Shown here: positions 7,640 to 16,286 of the stretch, one piece after another | Numbering within the stretch: position 1 is the first letter of the stretch | How the letters are laid out: every line of letters starts with the position of its first letter | NCBI GenBank assembly: GCA_045403155.1 | Contig: JAXIPB010000105.1 | Coordinates: 1-52,446, forward strand | Length of the DNA: 52,446 bases | Source: Micromonosporaceae bacterium | Lineage (GTDB): Bacteria > Actinomycetota > Actinomycetes > Mycobacteriales > Micromonosporaceae | Direction of reading: 5' to 3' | The notes under the pieces: model-generated | What the model saw: the letters and a program-made list of their open reading frames with translations, nothing else | Databases searched by the model: none | Told to the model about the DNA's origin: nothing | Position numbers and translations under genes: made by a program

Positions 7640-9763
7640 TCATCGCAAGTCTTCGACAGTCGCCCGCTTCGCCAGCGGCGGACCCGGCGAGTGTTCAACA
7701 CTCGCGACTGAGCCGCGACCGACCGAGCTCGGGGCGGCGGCCGTCACCCCAACGGCGAGTCGGCGCAGCGCGGCGTCGACGACGTCCGGATTCGTCGTGT
7801 ACCAGAACGGCGGCAGGGACCGGCGCAGGAAGGCGCCGTAGCCACGGGCCGTCTCAAGCCGCGAATCGAGCACCGCGACCACGCCACGGTCCGACGCCGA
7901 TCGGATGAGACGACCGACTCCCTGGGCAAGGCGCACGGCGGCGATTGGGACACTCACAGCGGCGAAGCCGGAGCCGCCGGCCGCGTCGACCGCGGCCGAA
8001 CGGGCCGCCGCGAGCGGCTCGTCCGGGCGCGGAAACGGCAGCCGGTCGATGACCACGAGCTGACATGCCTCGCCGGGCACGTCGACGCCCTGCCATAGCG
8101 ACATGACTCCGAGCAGGCAGGTCGTAGGCTCGGACCGGAAACGCTTCACGAGCAGCGGCAGCGCCTCCTCGCCCTGAACCAGAATGTCGAGGTCGGTCTC
8201 GGCTCGCAGGACCTCACCGGCCCGTTCCGCCGCCTTGCGGGACGAGAAGAGGCCGAGGGTACGTCCACCGAGCGCCCGCACAAGCCGCACGAGCTCCTGC
8301 GCCGTGGCGTCCGGGAGGCCGGACGCGAACGGCCGGGGCAGATGCGCCGCGACGTAGAGAATCCCCTGCCGGCGGTAGTCGAACGGAGACCCGACGTCGA
8401 GCGCCCGCCACGGCAGGTCCTCGTCCTCGACCTCCTCCGCCCCGCCGCTGCGACCCTCGAGGCGCGCGGTGGGCGGATTGGGGGAGGGAGGGAGTCCGAG
8501 GGCGCGCGCGATCGTGTCGAAGTTGCCGCCGAGAGCGAGCGTCGCGGAGGTGGCGACCACGGTGCGGTCGTCATACAGGAGGCTGCGCAGCGTAGAGGCG
8601 ACCGACAGCGGCGCCACCACGACCGACCGGCGTCGCTCATCCCGTTCGACCCACATGACGTCGAACGCCGAGTTCGCGAGCATCCGCTGAGCCGTCTTGC
8701 TCGTGTCGGACAGAACCGCTCTGGCCTGCTGTTTTCGCACCGGATCCGGGTCGTCGGCCGTGACCTCGCCGATGCGATCGAGCGCATGCCGCGTCGCGGC
8801 GTCGAGCAGCGTCAGCGCCTCGGCGAGGGCTCGCGGCAGGCCAGTCGTGAGCCGCCCAGGAGACGCCTCGGCCAACGCGGTCGCGAGCCCATCGCCCGCC
8901 TCGACCAGTCGCTCGTAGACCTCACCCTCCACAAGGGAGCGTGCCCTCCGCGCCGCGCGATCGATGAGATCGGGCGTCAGCTCGGCCTGGCTCGCCGAGC
9001 TGACCCGATCCGCCAACTCGTGCGCCTCGTCGACGATGAGCAGCTGATGCGGGGGGATGATGTGCCGGCCGGCGAGCATGTCGAAGGCGAGCAGGCTGTG
9101 GTTGGTCACGACGATGTCGGCCTCGCGCGCCCGGACCCGGGATGCCTCGGCGAAGCAAGCGTCCCCGAACGGGCACCTCATCGCGCCCACGCACTCACGG
9201 GCCGGCATCGACACCAGCCGCCATGCGCTCTCATCCACGCCGGGGTCAAGCTCGTCCCGGTCGCCGGTATCTGTTTCGGCCGCCCATTCGCGCAGGCGCT
9301 GGATCTGGCGCCCGAGCCGGCCGGCCTCGCCGAGCCACCGCGTGCCTGAACCGGTGGTCTCGAACAGTCCGTCCGGCTCCTCGGCGGTCCCGCCGTCCAG
9401 TTTGGCTAGACACGCATAGTGGTGGCGGCCCTTCAACACCGCGAACGTCGGGCGCCAGCCGAGCAGCGGCTCGACTGCGTCGGCCAGCCGGGGCAGGTCG
9501 TGATCCACCAATTGATGCTGTAGGGCGAGGGTGGCTGTGGAGACGACGACGGGCCCGTCAACGAGTAGCGCCGGGACGAGGTACGCGAGCGACTTCCCCG
9601 TCCCGGTGCCGGCCTGAACGAGCAGGTGCTCCTCCTCGGTGGTCGCGCCGGCCACCGCCGCCGCCATCTCCTGCTGACCCGGACGGGCGACTCCGCCGGG
9701 CACCGCTCCCACCGCCGCGGCGAGGAGGTCCTCGACCGAGGGGTGGGAAGGAATTTCAGCCAC
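7640..9763 (-). CDS. dinG: ATP-dependent DNA helicase DinG/XPD (Rad3) family
   Basis: Walker A AGTGTGKS, DEAH-like box (IVDEAHEL), an Fe-S Cys cluster (CVGAMRCPFGDAC) and a helicase C domain. The start is set to the GTG giving VAEIPSHPSVEDLLAAAV..., by analogy with the short N-terminal lead of M. tuberculosis DinG (Rv1329c). ORF-track start 9829 is the alternative. Confidence 0.85.
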   Translation of the reverse strand: MAEIPSHPSVEDLLAAAVGAVPGGVARPGQQEMAAAVAGATTEEEHLLVQAGTGTGKSLAYLVPALLVDGPVVVSTATLALQHQLVDHDLPRLADAVEPLLGWRPTFAVLKGRHHYACLAKLDGGTAEEPDGLFETTGSGTRWLGEAGRLGRQIQRLREWAAETDTGDRDELDPGVDESAWRLVSMPARECVGAMRCPFGDACFAEASRVRAREADIVVTNHSLLAFDMLAGRHIIPPHQLLIVDEAHELADRVSSASQAELTPDLIDRAARRARSLVEGEVYERLVEAGDGLATALAEASPGRLTTGLPRALAEALTLLDAATRHALDRIGEVTADDPDPVRKQQARAVLSDTSKTAQRMLANSAFDVMWVERDERRRSVVVAPLSVASTLRSLLYDDRTVVATSATLALGGNFDTIARALGLPPSPNPPTARLEGRSGGAEEVEDEDLPWRALDVGSPFDYRRQGILYVAAHLPRPFASGLPDATAQELVRLVRALGGRTLGLFSSRKAAERAGEVLRAETDLDILVQGEEALPLLVKRFRSEPTTCLLGVMSLWQGVDVPGEACQLVVIDRLPFPRPDEPLAAARSAAVDAAGGSGFAAVSVPIAAVRLAQGVGRLIRSASDRGVVAVLDSRLETARGYGAFLRRSLPPFWYTTNPDVVDAALRRLAVGVTAAAPSSVGRGSVASVEHSPGPPLAKRATVEDLR

Positions 9764-9806
9764 GGTGTGTGAGGCTACCCGCTGGCCTCCGCCCGGAGGC
9801 AGTTGT

Positions 9807-9846
9807 CCACACCCGTCCGACCTATCCACCGGTCGGACGGGTGTGG
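9807..9846. promoter_or_regulatory. 16-bp perfect inverted repeat (CCACACCCGTCCGACC-N8-GGTCGGACGGGTGTGG) in the dinG/DUF1801 divergent region
   Basis: Read directly: perfect 16-nt arms with an 8-nt spacer, 44-83 nt upstream of the preferred dinG start. It would form a very stable hairpin in either transcript. Confidence 0.5.
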
Positions 9847-9921
9847 GGGGCGAAATGCCTAGGTCGTTAGCGCGTCGATGAGCAGGTCGCGGCGCAGGCG
9901 TGTCGTTTCCGCTAGCGTGGA

Positions 9922-10323
9922 ATGACCATGAAATACACGACCGACCCGCGTGTCGACGCCTATATCGATTCCCTGCCCGAGTGGCAGCAGGCGATCTGCC
10001 GTGAGGTTCGCGATTTGATTCACGCCGCCGATCGGGAGGTTGTCGAGACCATCAAATTCAAGAACCGTCCGTACTTCGTACTGGACGGCAACGTCTGCGC
10101 GCTCCTGGCGGCGAAGGACCACGTCAATGTGTTCCTGTACGACGGCGCGATCGTTCCCGACCCCGACGGAATCATCACCGGTGGGCAAACCAACACGACA
10201 GCGCGCACGGTCGCCGTCCGCCAGGGCGAGACCGTGAATGCCCGCGCCCTGAAGGCGATGTTCAAGCAGATCATCGCCAACAACCGCGCGGGAGGCTGGC
10301 GCCGGCTAAAAGGGGATCGCTGA
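9922..10323 (+). CDS. DUF1801 (YdhG/YdeI-like) domain protein
   Basis: 133-aa protein with the DUF1801 pattern (DAYIDSLPEWQQAICREVRDLIHAA...KNRPYF...). Function unknown. Confidence 0.65.
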   Translation: MTMKYTTDPRVDAYIDSLPEWQQAICREVRDLIHAADREVVETIKFKNRPYFVLDGNVCALLAAKDHVNVFLYDGAIVPDPDGIITGGQTNTTARTVAVRQGETVNARALKAMFKQIIANNRAGGWRRLKGDR

Positions 10324-10416
10324 TCCGGATGCCGGGTCACGAGAAGATCTTCGGCAGGGTCGCCGACACGACAGCGCCGGAACGTAGATCTCGTATGGTG
10401 TGACCACGCGCAGACC

Positions 10417-11703
10417 TTGGGAAGGCCCCCACCCATGAGCGGTGAGCATTTCATCCCGTTTCGCAAGACCGACGTCATCTCCATGTGCGCCGACGAGCTG
10501 CCCGCGTCCGAGCGGGAGTCGTTCGTGGGTTTCACGAAGATGCTCGCCAGCCTTCTGCACCACCGGTTTCATGCCCGCATTGAGGCGCTCAAGGACGCGT
10601 ACCATCCGTTCAATCCGGAGGCCGACACGCGGACCATTAACCAGCTCACTCAAGAAGAGCGCGCAGCGGCGCAGGCCCGACTCGAGGAGGAGTTGGCGTC
10701 GCTCGCCGTCGCCGCCAACTTTACCCGGATCGACCTGACCGAGCTGGACCGGGCATTGACTGTGCACTCCCTGCTGAAGGTCAGGCTCACAGTGGACACC
10801 AACGTGGTGAACAAGATCATGCTCTTCCGGCGGGGCGAATCAACCAGGACCCGGCGATTACGGACATGGTGGGGTCTTCGCCGTCGGACGGTCGAGTTCA
10901 CCAACTACGCCAAGGTGCTGATCTATGCGACGTTCAAGGACGCGGAACACTTTGCCGGGAGCGACATCGACCGACTGCCCTTCCGCCCCGGATCGACGAT
11001 CGTCAAGCTCTTCCAGAACGTACCGCGTCACGACCTCGAGATGGTCTTTCCGAATGTACAAGTCAGAATGCGAAGCATCGACAAGTTGATGATCGGCATT
11101 CCGGCGGTTATCTCCGGGATCATCGTGATCGCCACCAAGCTCCTTGCCGCGCTGGGCCTTCTGTTGCTGTTGCTGGGTTTCTGGATCGGCATCCATGACG
11201 AAGAGGTGACGGTCGATCAGGCCCGGCTGGTATCGGTCGGGGCCGGCCTGTTTGCGTTTGGCGCCTTCCTCGTTCGGCAGGTCACGAAGTTCAAGAACCG
11301 GAAGATCCTATTCATGAAGGCGTTGTCGGAGAACCTCTACTTCCGCAACCTCGACAACGACGCCGGCGTATTCCACCATCTTCTCGACGCGGCGGAGGAG
11401 GCGGAGGTGATTGAGGCGGTGCTCGCCTATCACTTCCTACGCACGGCGCCGGAACCGCTGAGGGCCGAGGCCCTGGACCAAACAATCCAGAATTGGTTCG
11501 CCCGCCGCTGGGGTGCCGAGATTGATTTCGAGGTCGATGACGGCGTACGCAAGCTGCGCGAACTCTCGCTGGTCACCGAGGACGATCACGGCCGCATGAC
11601 CGTTGTGGGACTCGCCGACGCGAAGCGATGCATGGACCGGGTCTGGGACGATCTGTTCGACTACCACGATCGCTCGGCTGACAGCGCGGTGGCCATCGGC
11701 TGA
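10417..11703 (+). CDS. DUF3754-like membrane protein (two central TM helices, large soluble N- and C-terminal regions)
   Basis: 428-aa ORF with coding-like composition and a central hairpin of two TM helices (IGIPAVISGIIVIATKLLAALGLLLLLLGFWIGI; LVSVGAGLFAFGAFLV). An alternative start at M7 (10435) is possible. Confidence 0.6.
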   Translation: MGRPPPMSGEHFIPFRKTDVISMCADELPASERESFVGFTKMLASLLHHRFHARIEALKDAYHPFNPEADTRTINQLTQEERAAAQARLEEELASLAVAANFTRIDLTELDRALTVHSLLKVRLTVDTNVVNKIMLFRRGESTRTRRLRTWWGLRRRTVEFTNYAKVLIYATFKDAEHFAGSDIDRLPFRPGSTIVKLFQNVPRHDLEMVFPNVQVRMRSIDKLMIGIPAVISGIIVIATKLLAALGLLLLLLGFWIGIHDEEVTVDQARLVSVGAGLFAFGAFLVRQVTKFKNRKILFMKALSENLYFRNLDNDAGVFHHLLDAAEEAEVIEAVLAYHFLRTAPEPLRAEALDQTIQNWFARRWGAEIDFEVDDGVRKLRELSLVTEDDHGRMTVVGLADAKRCMDRVWDDLFDYHDRSADSAVAIG

Positions 11704-11759
11704 CGCGTTGGCGACCCGCCGCGGCGGTCGCCTTGGCGCTGTGCCGGCGACGGAGAAGA

Positions 11760-12311
11760 ATGTCGGGCATGGCGGCGAGGCCCGAGGCGCGTGGCGGCCT
11801 CGTCCAGGTGGTCTTCCTCAAGTACGACGGACGGCCCCACCGCAGCTACCCGGCCCGCTGGCTCGGCGAGGACAGCGACGGCGCCTGGCTGGGCGTGACG
11901 TCGGGCTCGCCCGCCACGGTCGACGGGAACCGGGCGACGTACCGCCAGGAGCCGTACGTCCTGCTGGTACCCAAGCGAGCCTGGTGGACGGCGATGTTCA
12001 ACGCACCGCCACGCCGCACCGAGGTGTACTGCGACGTGACAACGCCCGCCACCTGGACCGGAAGGGACTTGGTTACCGTGGTGGACCTGGACCTTGACGT
12101 TCGCCGGCGCCGATGGGGTGACATCGAGCAACTCGACGAGGATGAGTTCGCCACCCATCGTGTCCAATTCGGATACCCGGACGAGGTGGTCGAGCAGGCG
12201 AGGGCGGCGAGCCGCTGGCTTGCGACGGCGCTCGGCGACGGGACCGAACCCTTCGCTACCGCCTTCCGGCCGTGGCTGGCTCAGGTCACGCCGCGTTCAT
12301 CTTCGCATTGA
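11760..12311 (+). CDS. DUF402 (FomD/YgaC-like, putative nucleoside di/triphosphatase) domain protein
   Basis: Core DUF402 region (YCDVTTPATW...VVDLDLDV...EDEF). Start ambiguous between 11733, 11760 and 11769. Confidence 0.55.
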   Translation: MSGMAARPEARGGLVQVVFLKYDGRPHRSYPARWLGEDSDGAWLGVTSGSPATVDGNRATYRQEPYVLLVPKRAWWTAMFNAPPRRTEVYCDVTTPATWTGRDLVTVVDLDLDVRRRRWGDIEQLDEDEFATHRVQFGYPDEVVEQARAASRWLATALGDGTEPFATAFRPWLAQVTPRSSSH

Positions 12312-12385
12312 GTGGCGCTGGGAAAGGCCGCCGTTCGCGGCTCAGGGTCCGGTCCGGCTTCGTACGATCTTCAGCAGGAGGGACC

Positions 12386-13291
12386 GTGGCGGACGAACCT
12401 GACGAGCGGGAGTTACTCCGGCGGGCCCGGCGGGTGCGCCGATTACTACGGGTTGGTCCCGGCCGGGTCGATGTCACCGCCATCGACCCGCGCTCGACCC
12501 CCGGCCTTCCGTCGCGGAGTGCTCGCGACGTGGACGCCAAGACGTGGTCAAGCGGGGAGGTCGCCCGGCTGGGCGCGCCGATCGCCGCATATCAGGAACG
12601 ACTGTTTGCCTCGGCGCAGGTGGGCGCCGATCGTCGGCGTGTCCTGCTCGTGCTGCAGGCGACGGACTGCGGTGGCAAGGACGGCACGATCAAGAGCGTC
12701 GTCGGCGCGCTGAATCCGCTCGGGGTCCGCATCAAGGCGTTCGGCCCGCCCACGGAGGAGGAGTTGACCCAGCACTTCCTCTGGCGGATCAACCGGGCGC
12801 TGCCCGGCGCTGGTTACGTGGGCGTATTCAACCGGTCACACTATGAGGATGTGCTCGTCGTGCGCGTCCACTCGCTCGTGCCGCGAAAGGTCTGGGAGGA
12901 CAGGTACGACGAGATCAACTGCTTCGAGCAGGACCTGGCCGCGGACGGGGTCACGCTGGTGAAGGTGATGCTGCATATCTCGTACGAGGAGCAGCGTGAA
13001 CGCCTGCTTTCCCGGCTCAACGATCCAACCAAGCGATGGAAGTTCAACCCCGGCGACCTCGACGATCGAGCCCGGTGGGGTGAGTACACGCAGGCGTACA
13101 ACGACGCCCTGACGCGGTGCAACTCGCGGCGGGCGCCGTGGTATGTCGTGCCGGCCGACCGTAAGTGGTACCGGAACTGGGCGGTGGCGAACATCCTGCT
13201 CGCCCACCTGGACGACATGGACCTGACGTACCCGGAAGTTGATCTCGACGTCGCCGCATTGAGCCGCCAACTGGCGGAGAACGCAAAGTGA
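12386..13291 (+). CDS. polyphosphate kinase 2 (PPK2) family, polyphosphate:nucleotide phosphotransferase
   Basis: PPK2 P-loop region (LVLQATDCGGKDGTIKSV), lid and C-terminal motifs (YEEQRERLLSRLNDPTKRWKFNPGDL; APWYVVPADRKWYRNWAV). GTG start at 12386 preceded by AGGAGGGA. Confidence 0.85.
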   Translation: MADEPDERELLRRARRVRRLLRVGPGRVDVTAIDPRSTPGLPSRSARDVDAKTWSSGEVARLGAPIAAYQERLFASAQVGADRRRVLLVLQATDCGGKDGTIKSVVGALNPLGVRIKAFGPPTEEELTQHFLWRINRALPGAGYVGVFNRSHYEDVLVVRVHSLVPRKVWEDRYDEINCFEQDLAADGVTLVKVMLHISYEEQRERLLSRLNDPTKRWKFNPGDLDDRARWGEYTQAYNDALTRCNSRRAPWYVVPADRKWYRNWAVANILLAHLDDMDLTYPEVDLDVAALSRQLAENAK

Positions 13292-13309
13292 ACAACAAAT
13301 GAACGATTG
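13288..13309. promoter_or_regulatory. PHO-box-like direct repeats (GTTCAT-N5-GTTCAC on the minus strand) upstream of the DUF47-pit operon
   Basis: AT-rich stretch gtgaacaacaaatgaacgattg overlaps the PPK2 stop. Its reverse complement gives two GTTCA(T/C) cores 11 nt apart, the spacing of actinobacterial PhoP direct-repeat units. Confidence 0.35.
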
Positions 13310-13401
13310 TGCATCCGAGGCCCTAGCCGGATGATGTCCGTTCATGGCGGCCTAACATTCCCCCGGGCGAGAGCCAGCCACCCCAGCAGTGAGGTCATGC
13401 C

Positions 13402-14028
13402 GTGCGATTCAAGTTCCGCCCCAGCGACGACTCGTTCTACGAGTACTTCACCCAGGCCGCAGCCAACCTCGTCCGGGGCACCGAACTGCTCAGCGAACTC
13501 GCGATCCCGGGGGCGGACATCCAATCGATCTCCGAACGACTCGGCGACGTCGAGCACGACAGTGACCAGATCACTCACGACGTCTATAACAAGATCAACT
13601 CGACCTTCATCACACCGTTCGATCGGGAGGACATCTATCGCCTCGCGTCCAATCTGGACGATGTGATTGACCACATCGAGGCCGCGGGTAACCTCGTCTA
13701 TCTCTACGGCCTGACCAAGCTGCCCGCTCTGCCGAGGGAGATGCACGAGCTCGTCGCGGTCCTCGATCGCCAGGCGAAAGTCACCTCTGACGGGATGCCT
13801 CGGCTGAAGTCCATGAAGGATCTCAAGGAGTACTGGGTCGAGATCAACCGGCTCGAGAACGACGGTGACCGGGCCTACCGGATGCTCCTCGTCCGCCTGT
13901 TCTCCGGCGAGTACGAGCCGCTGGACGTGCTCAAGATGAAGGAGGTCGCGGACGAACTCGAGGCGGCCTGCGACGCGTTCGAGCATGTGGCGAACACGAT
14001 CGAGCAGATCGCCGTGAAGGAGTCCTGA
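13402..14028 (+). CDS. DUF47 (PhoU-like/YkaA) phosphate transport regulator-like protein
   Basis: 208-aa helical protein of the DUF47 family, the family usually paired with PitA. The Pit gene follows 4 nt downstream. Confidence 0.85.
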   Translation: MRFKFRPSDDSFYEYFTQAAANLVRGTELLSELAIPGADIQSISERLGDVEHDSDQITHDVYNKINSTFITPFDREDIYRLASNLDDVIDHIEAAGNLVYLYGLTKLPALPREMHELVAVLDRQAKVTSDGMPRLKSMKDLKEYWVEINRLENDGDRAYRMLLVRLFSGEYEPLDVLKMKEVADELEAACDAFEHVANTIEQIAVKES

Positions 14029-14032
14029 CCTC

Positions 14033-15226
14033 GTGTCGGTTGAGCTCGCCGTTATCGCGGTCATCGTCGTCGCGATGGCGTTCGACTACACCAACGGCTT
14101 CCACGACGCGGCCAACGCCATCGCGACGTCGGTTTCGACCAGGGCGTTGACGCCCCGCGTCGCGCTACTGATCGCGGCGCTGGGAAACCTTGCCGGCTCG
14201 TTCTTCGGCGCGAAGGTCGCCAAGACGGTTGGCAGCGGCCTAGTGACGCTTCCACCCGGTGTCAGCAGCCTCGGCGTGGTCTTTGCCGGTGTTGTCGGCG
14301 CCATCGGGTGGAACCTCATCACGTGGTACATCGGGCTGCCCTCGTCCTCCTCGCATGCCCTCTTCGGAGGGCTCGTGGGCGCCACCTTCTTCGCCGCCGA
14401 CGGGGTCATTCACTGGAACACGATCGCCACGCTGGTCCTGCTGCCGATGGTGCTCTCTCCCCTCGTCGGGTTCCTCCTCGGCGCCGTCGTGATGTTCCTC
14501 CTGCTCTGGTCCATCAAGGGGCTTACCGTGTGGTCAGCCCGCGCCGCCCCGGTCACCGAGACCATCGCACAAGTGCGCGAGCCGGTGGCGGCGTCGATTG
14601 GTGGTGCCGGCACCGAGCGCTCACCGACCGTTGTCGCCGAGCCTCGGGTCGCTGTCGATCCGGCCCCGCGCTCGGGCTTTGGGTCAAAGGTTCGCCGGCG
14701 CGTTCACCACATCGTGCAACCAGGTCCGTTGAACCGGTTCTTCCGCGGCGCGCAGACCGTCTCTGCGGGGGCGATGGCCGTGGGGCACGGGATGCAGGAC
14801 GCGGCGAAGACGATCGGCATCATCGTGCTTGCCCTCTACACCGGCGGCATTCAAGAGAGCAAGACACACATTCCGGTGTGGGTCTACTTCACGTCGGCGA
14901 CCGTGCTGGCCTTGGGCACCTACGCGGGCGGATGGCGGATCATCCGGACCCTCGGCCGCCGGGTGATCGACCTCAGGCCGCCGGAGGGCTTCGCGGCCGA
15001 AACGGTGGCGAGCTCCGTCCTGTGGTTCAACTCGTTGGTGCTCGGCGCCCCGATCTCCACCACCCACACGATCACGTCAGCGATCATGGGTGTCGGCGCC
15101 ATGAAGAAGGTGTCCGCGGTGCGATGGGGTGTCGCCGGCAACATCGTTACGGCGTGGATCCTGACGTTTCCGGGCTCCGCCGCGATCGCCGTGCTCGTGT
15201 ACTTCCTCGTACGTCCTTTGTTCTAG
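14033..15226 (+). CDS. pitA: low-affinity inorganic phosphate transporter PitA (PHO4 family)
   Basis: N-terminal PHO4 motif (FDYTNGFHDAANAIATSV) repeated in the C-terminal half (AVGHGMQDAAKTIG). Multi-TM protein with a central hydrophilic loop. Confidence 0.9.
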   Translation: MSVELAVIAVIVVAMAFDYTNGFHDAANAIATSVSTRALTPRVALLIAALGNLAGSFFGAKVAKTVGSGLVTLPPGVSSLGVVFAGVVGAIGWNLITWYIGLPSSSSHALFGGLVGATFFAADGVIHWNTIATLVLLPMVLSPLVGFLLGAVVMFLLLWSIKGLTVWSARAAPVTETIAQVREPVAASIGGAGTERSPTVVAEPRVAVDPAPRSGFGSKVRRRVHHIVQPGPLNRFFRGAQTVSAGAMAVGHGMQDAAKTIGIIVLALYTGGIQESKTHIPVWVYFTSATVLALGTYAGGWRIIRTLGRRVIDLRPPEGFAAETVASSVLWFNSLVLGAPISTTHTITSAIMGVGAMKKVSAVRWGVAGNIVTAWILTFPGSAAIAVLVYFLVRPLF

Positions 15227-16227
15227 ATATATGGTCCCGGCGTCGGGCCCGGATAGACGACGCCGAGCTGGGCGCGGGCCTCGTCGAGGATCGCCATGGT
15301 GTCGAGCGTCGCCGAGTGCGGGATAAGCGGGCTCTCGGCCATGCCCGCCCTCAGGCATCGCATGACCTCCTCGGCCTGGTAGCCCAGGCCATTGCCCCGG
15401 ACGGGGAATGCAAACTCCTCGGCCTCGCCACCGCGTACCAGCGTGAAGCGGTCCGACCGGTAGAAGTGGCGCAGCAGGTCGATGCGACCACCGGTGCCGG
15501 TGATGCTCGCCCGCTGTCCGGTCTCGCCGACGAAGCCGCAGGACAGCGTCGCCACGGCGCCGCTGTCGTATCCGAGGATCACGCCCGTGTTCTCGTCTGT
15601 GCCCTCGGGCGTCAGGGTGGCTCGGCCGACCACTGTTTGCGGCCGGCCAAGGAAAAGGTAGGCGAACGCGATCGGGTAGACGCCGAGATCGAGCAGCGCA
15701 CCCCCGCCGAGCTCCGGTGCCCGCAGCCGGTGACCCGGCGGGACTGGACCGGGGATGCCGAAGTCGGCCTGGATGCTGGTCACTTCGCCGATCGCCCCAT
15801 CGGCCACGAGCTCGCTGATGCGCCGGATGGCGGGGTTCGCCCGCATCCACATCGCCTCCATCAGGAAGAGCCCCGCGGCGCCCGCGGTCGCGACGAGCTC
15901 CTCCGACGTCGGAAGGTCGAGGGTTAATGGCTTCTCACACAGGACGGCCTTGCCGGCCTTCAGGCAGGTCATCGAGGCCGCGTGATGCGCGCTGTGCGGT
16001 GTGGCGATGTACACGACGTCCAGGTCGGGGTCGTCGGCGAGGTCCTGCCACGAGCCGTACGCACGGGGAATCGAATGGGTGTCGGCGAATTCTCGGGCGG
16101 CGGCGAGCGTTCGCGAGCCGACGGCGTTGATCTGTGCGTCCGGTAGGAGCTTGAGGTCCTCGGTGAAACCGGTGGCGATCCGGCCCGTGGCGAGAATTCC
16201 CCACCGAACCCTTGCGTCGTCCGCCAT
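15223..16227 (-). CDS. Gfo/Idh/MocA family NAD(P)-dependent oxidoreductase
   Basis: N-terminal Rossmann fold (WGILATGRIATGF), the EKP motif (VLCEKPL) and a C-terminal alpha/beta domain. Confidence 0.85.
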   Translation of the reverse strand: MADDARVRWGILATGRIATGFTEDLKLLPDAQINAVGSRTLAAAREFADTHSIPRAYGSWQDLADDPDLDVVYIATPHSAHHAASMTCLKAGKAVLCEKPLTLDLPTSEELVATAGAAGLFLMEAMWMRANPAIRRISELVADGAIGEVTSIQADFGIPGPVPPGHRLRAPELGGGALLDLGVYPIAFAYLFLGRPQTVVGRATLTPEGTDENTGVILGYDSGAVATLSCGFVGETGQRASITGTGGRIDLLRHFYRSDRFTLVRGGEAEEFAFPVRGNGLGYQAEEVMRCLRAGMAESPLIPHSATLDTMAILDEARAQLGVVYPGPTPGPYI

Positions 16228-16286
16228 GTGTGCTCCTTCGCCTACCCGGGCGATCTGGTTCTCCGACGGTACTCGACTATGGTCGG

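Noticed and set aside
12272-12385. Upstream 38 codons of the PPK2 ORF
   Set aside because: An internal GTG with a strong AGGAGGGA RBS at 12386 gives a PPK2 of normal length. The upstream part overlaps the DUF402 gene end.
13342-14064. 240-aa minus-strand ORF
   Set aside because: Antisense to the DUF47 gene, whose product has a clear family signature and is coupled to pitA.
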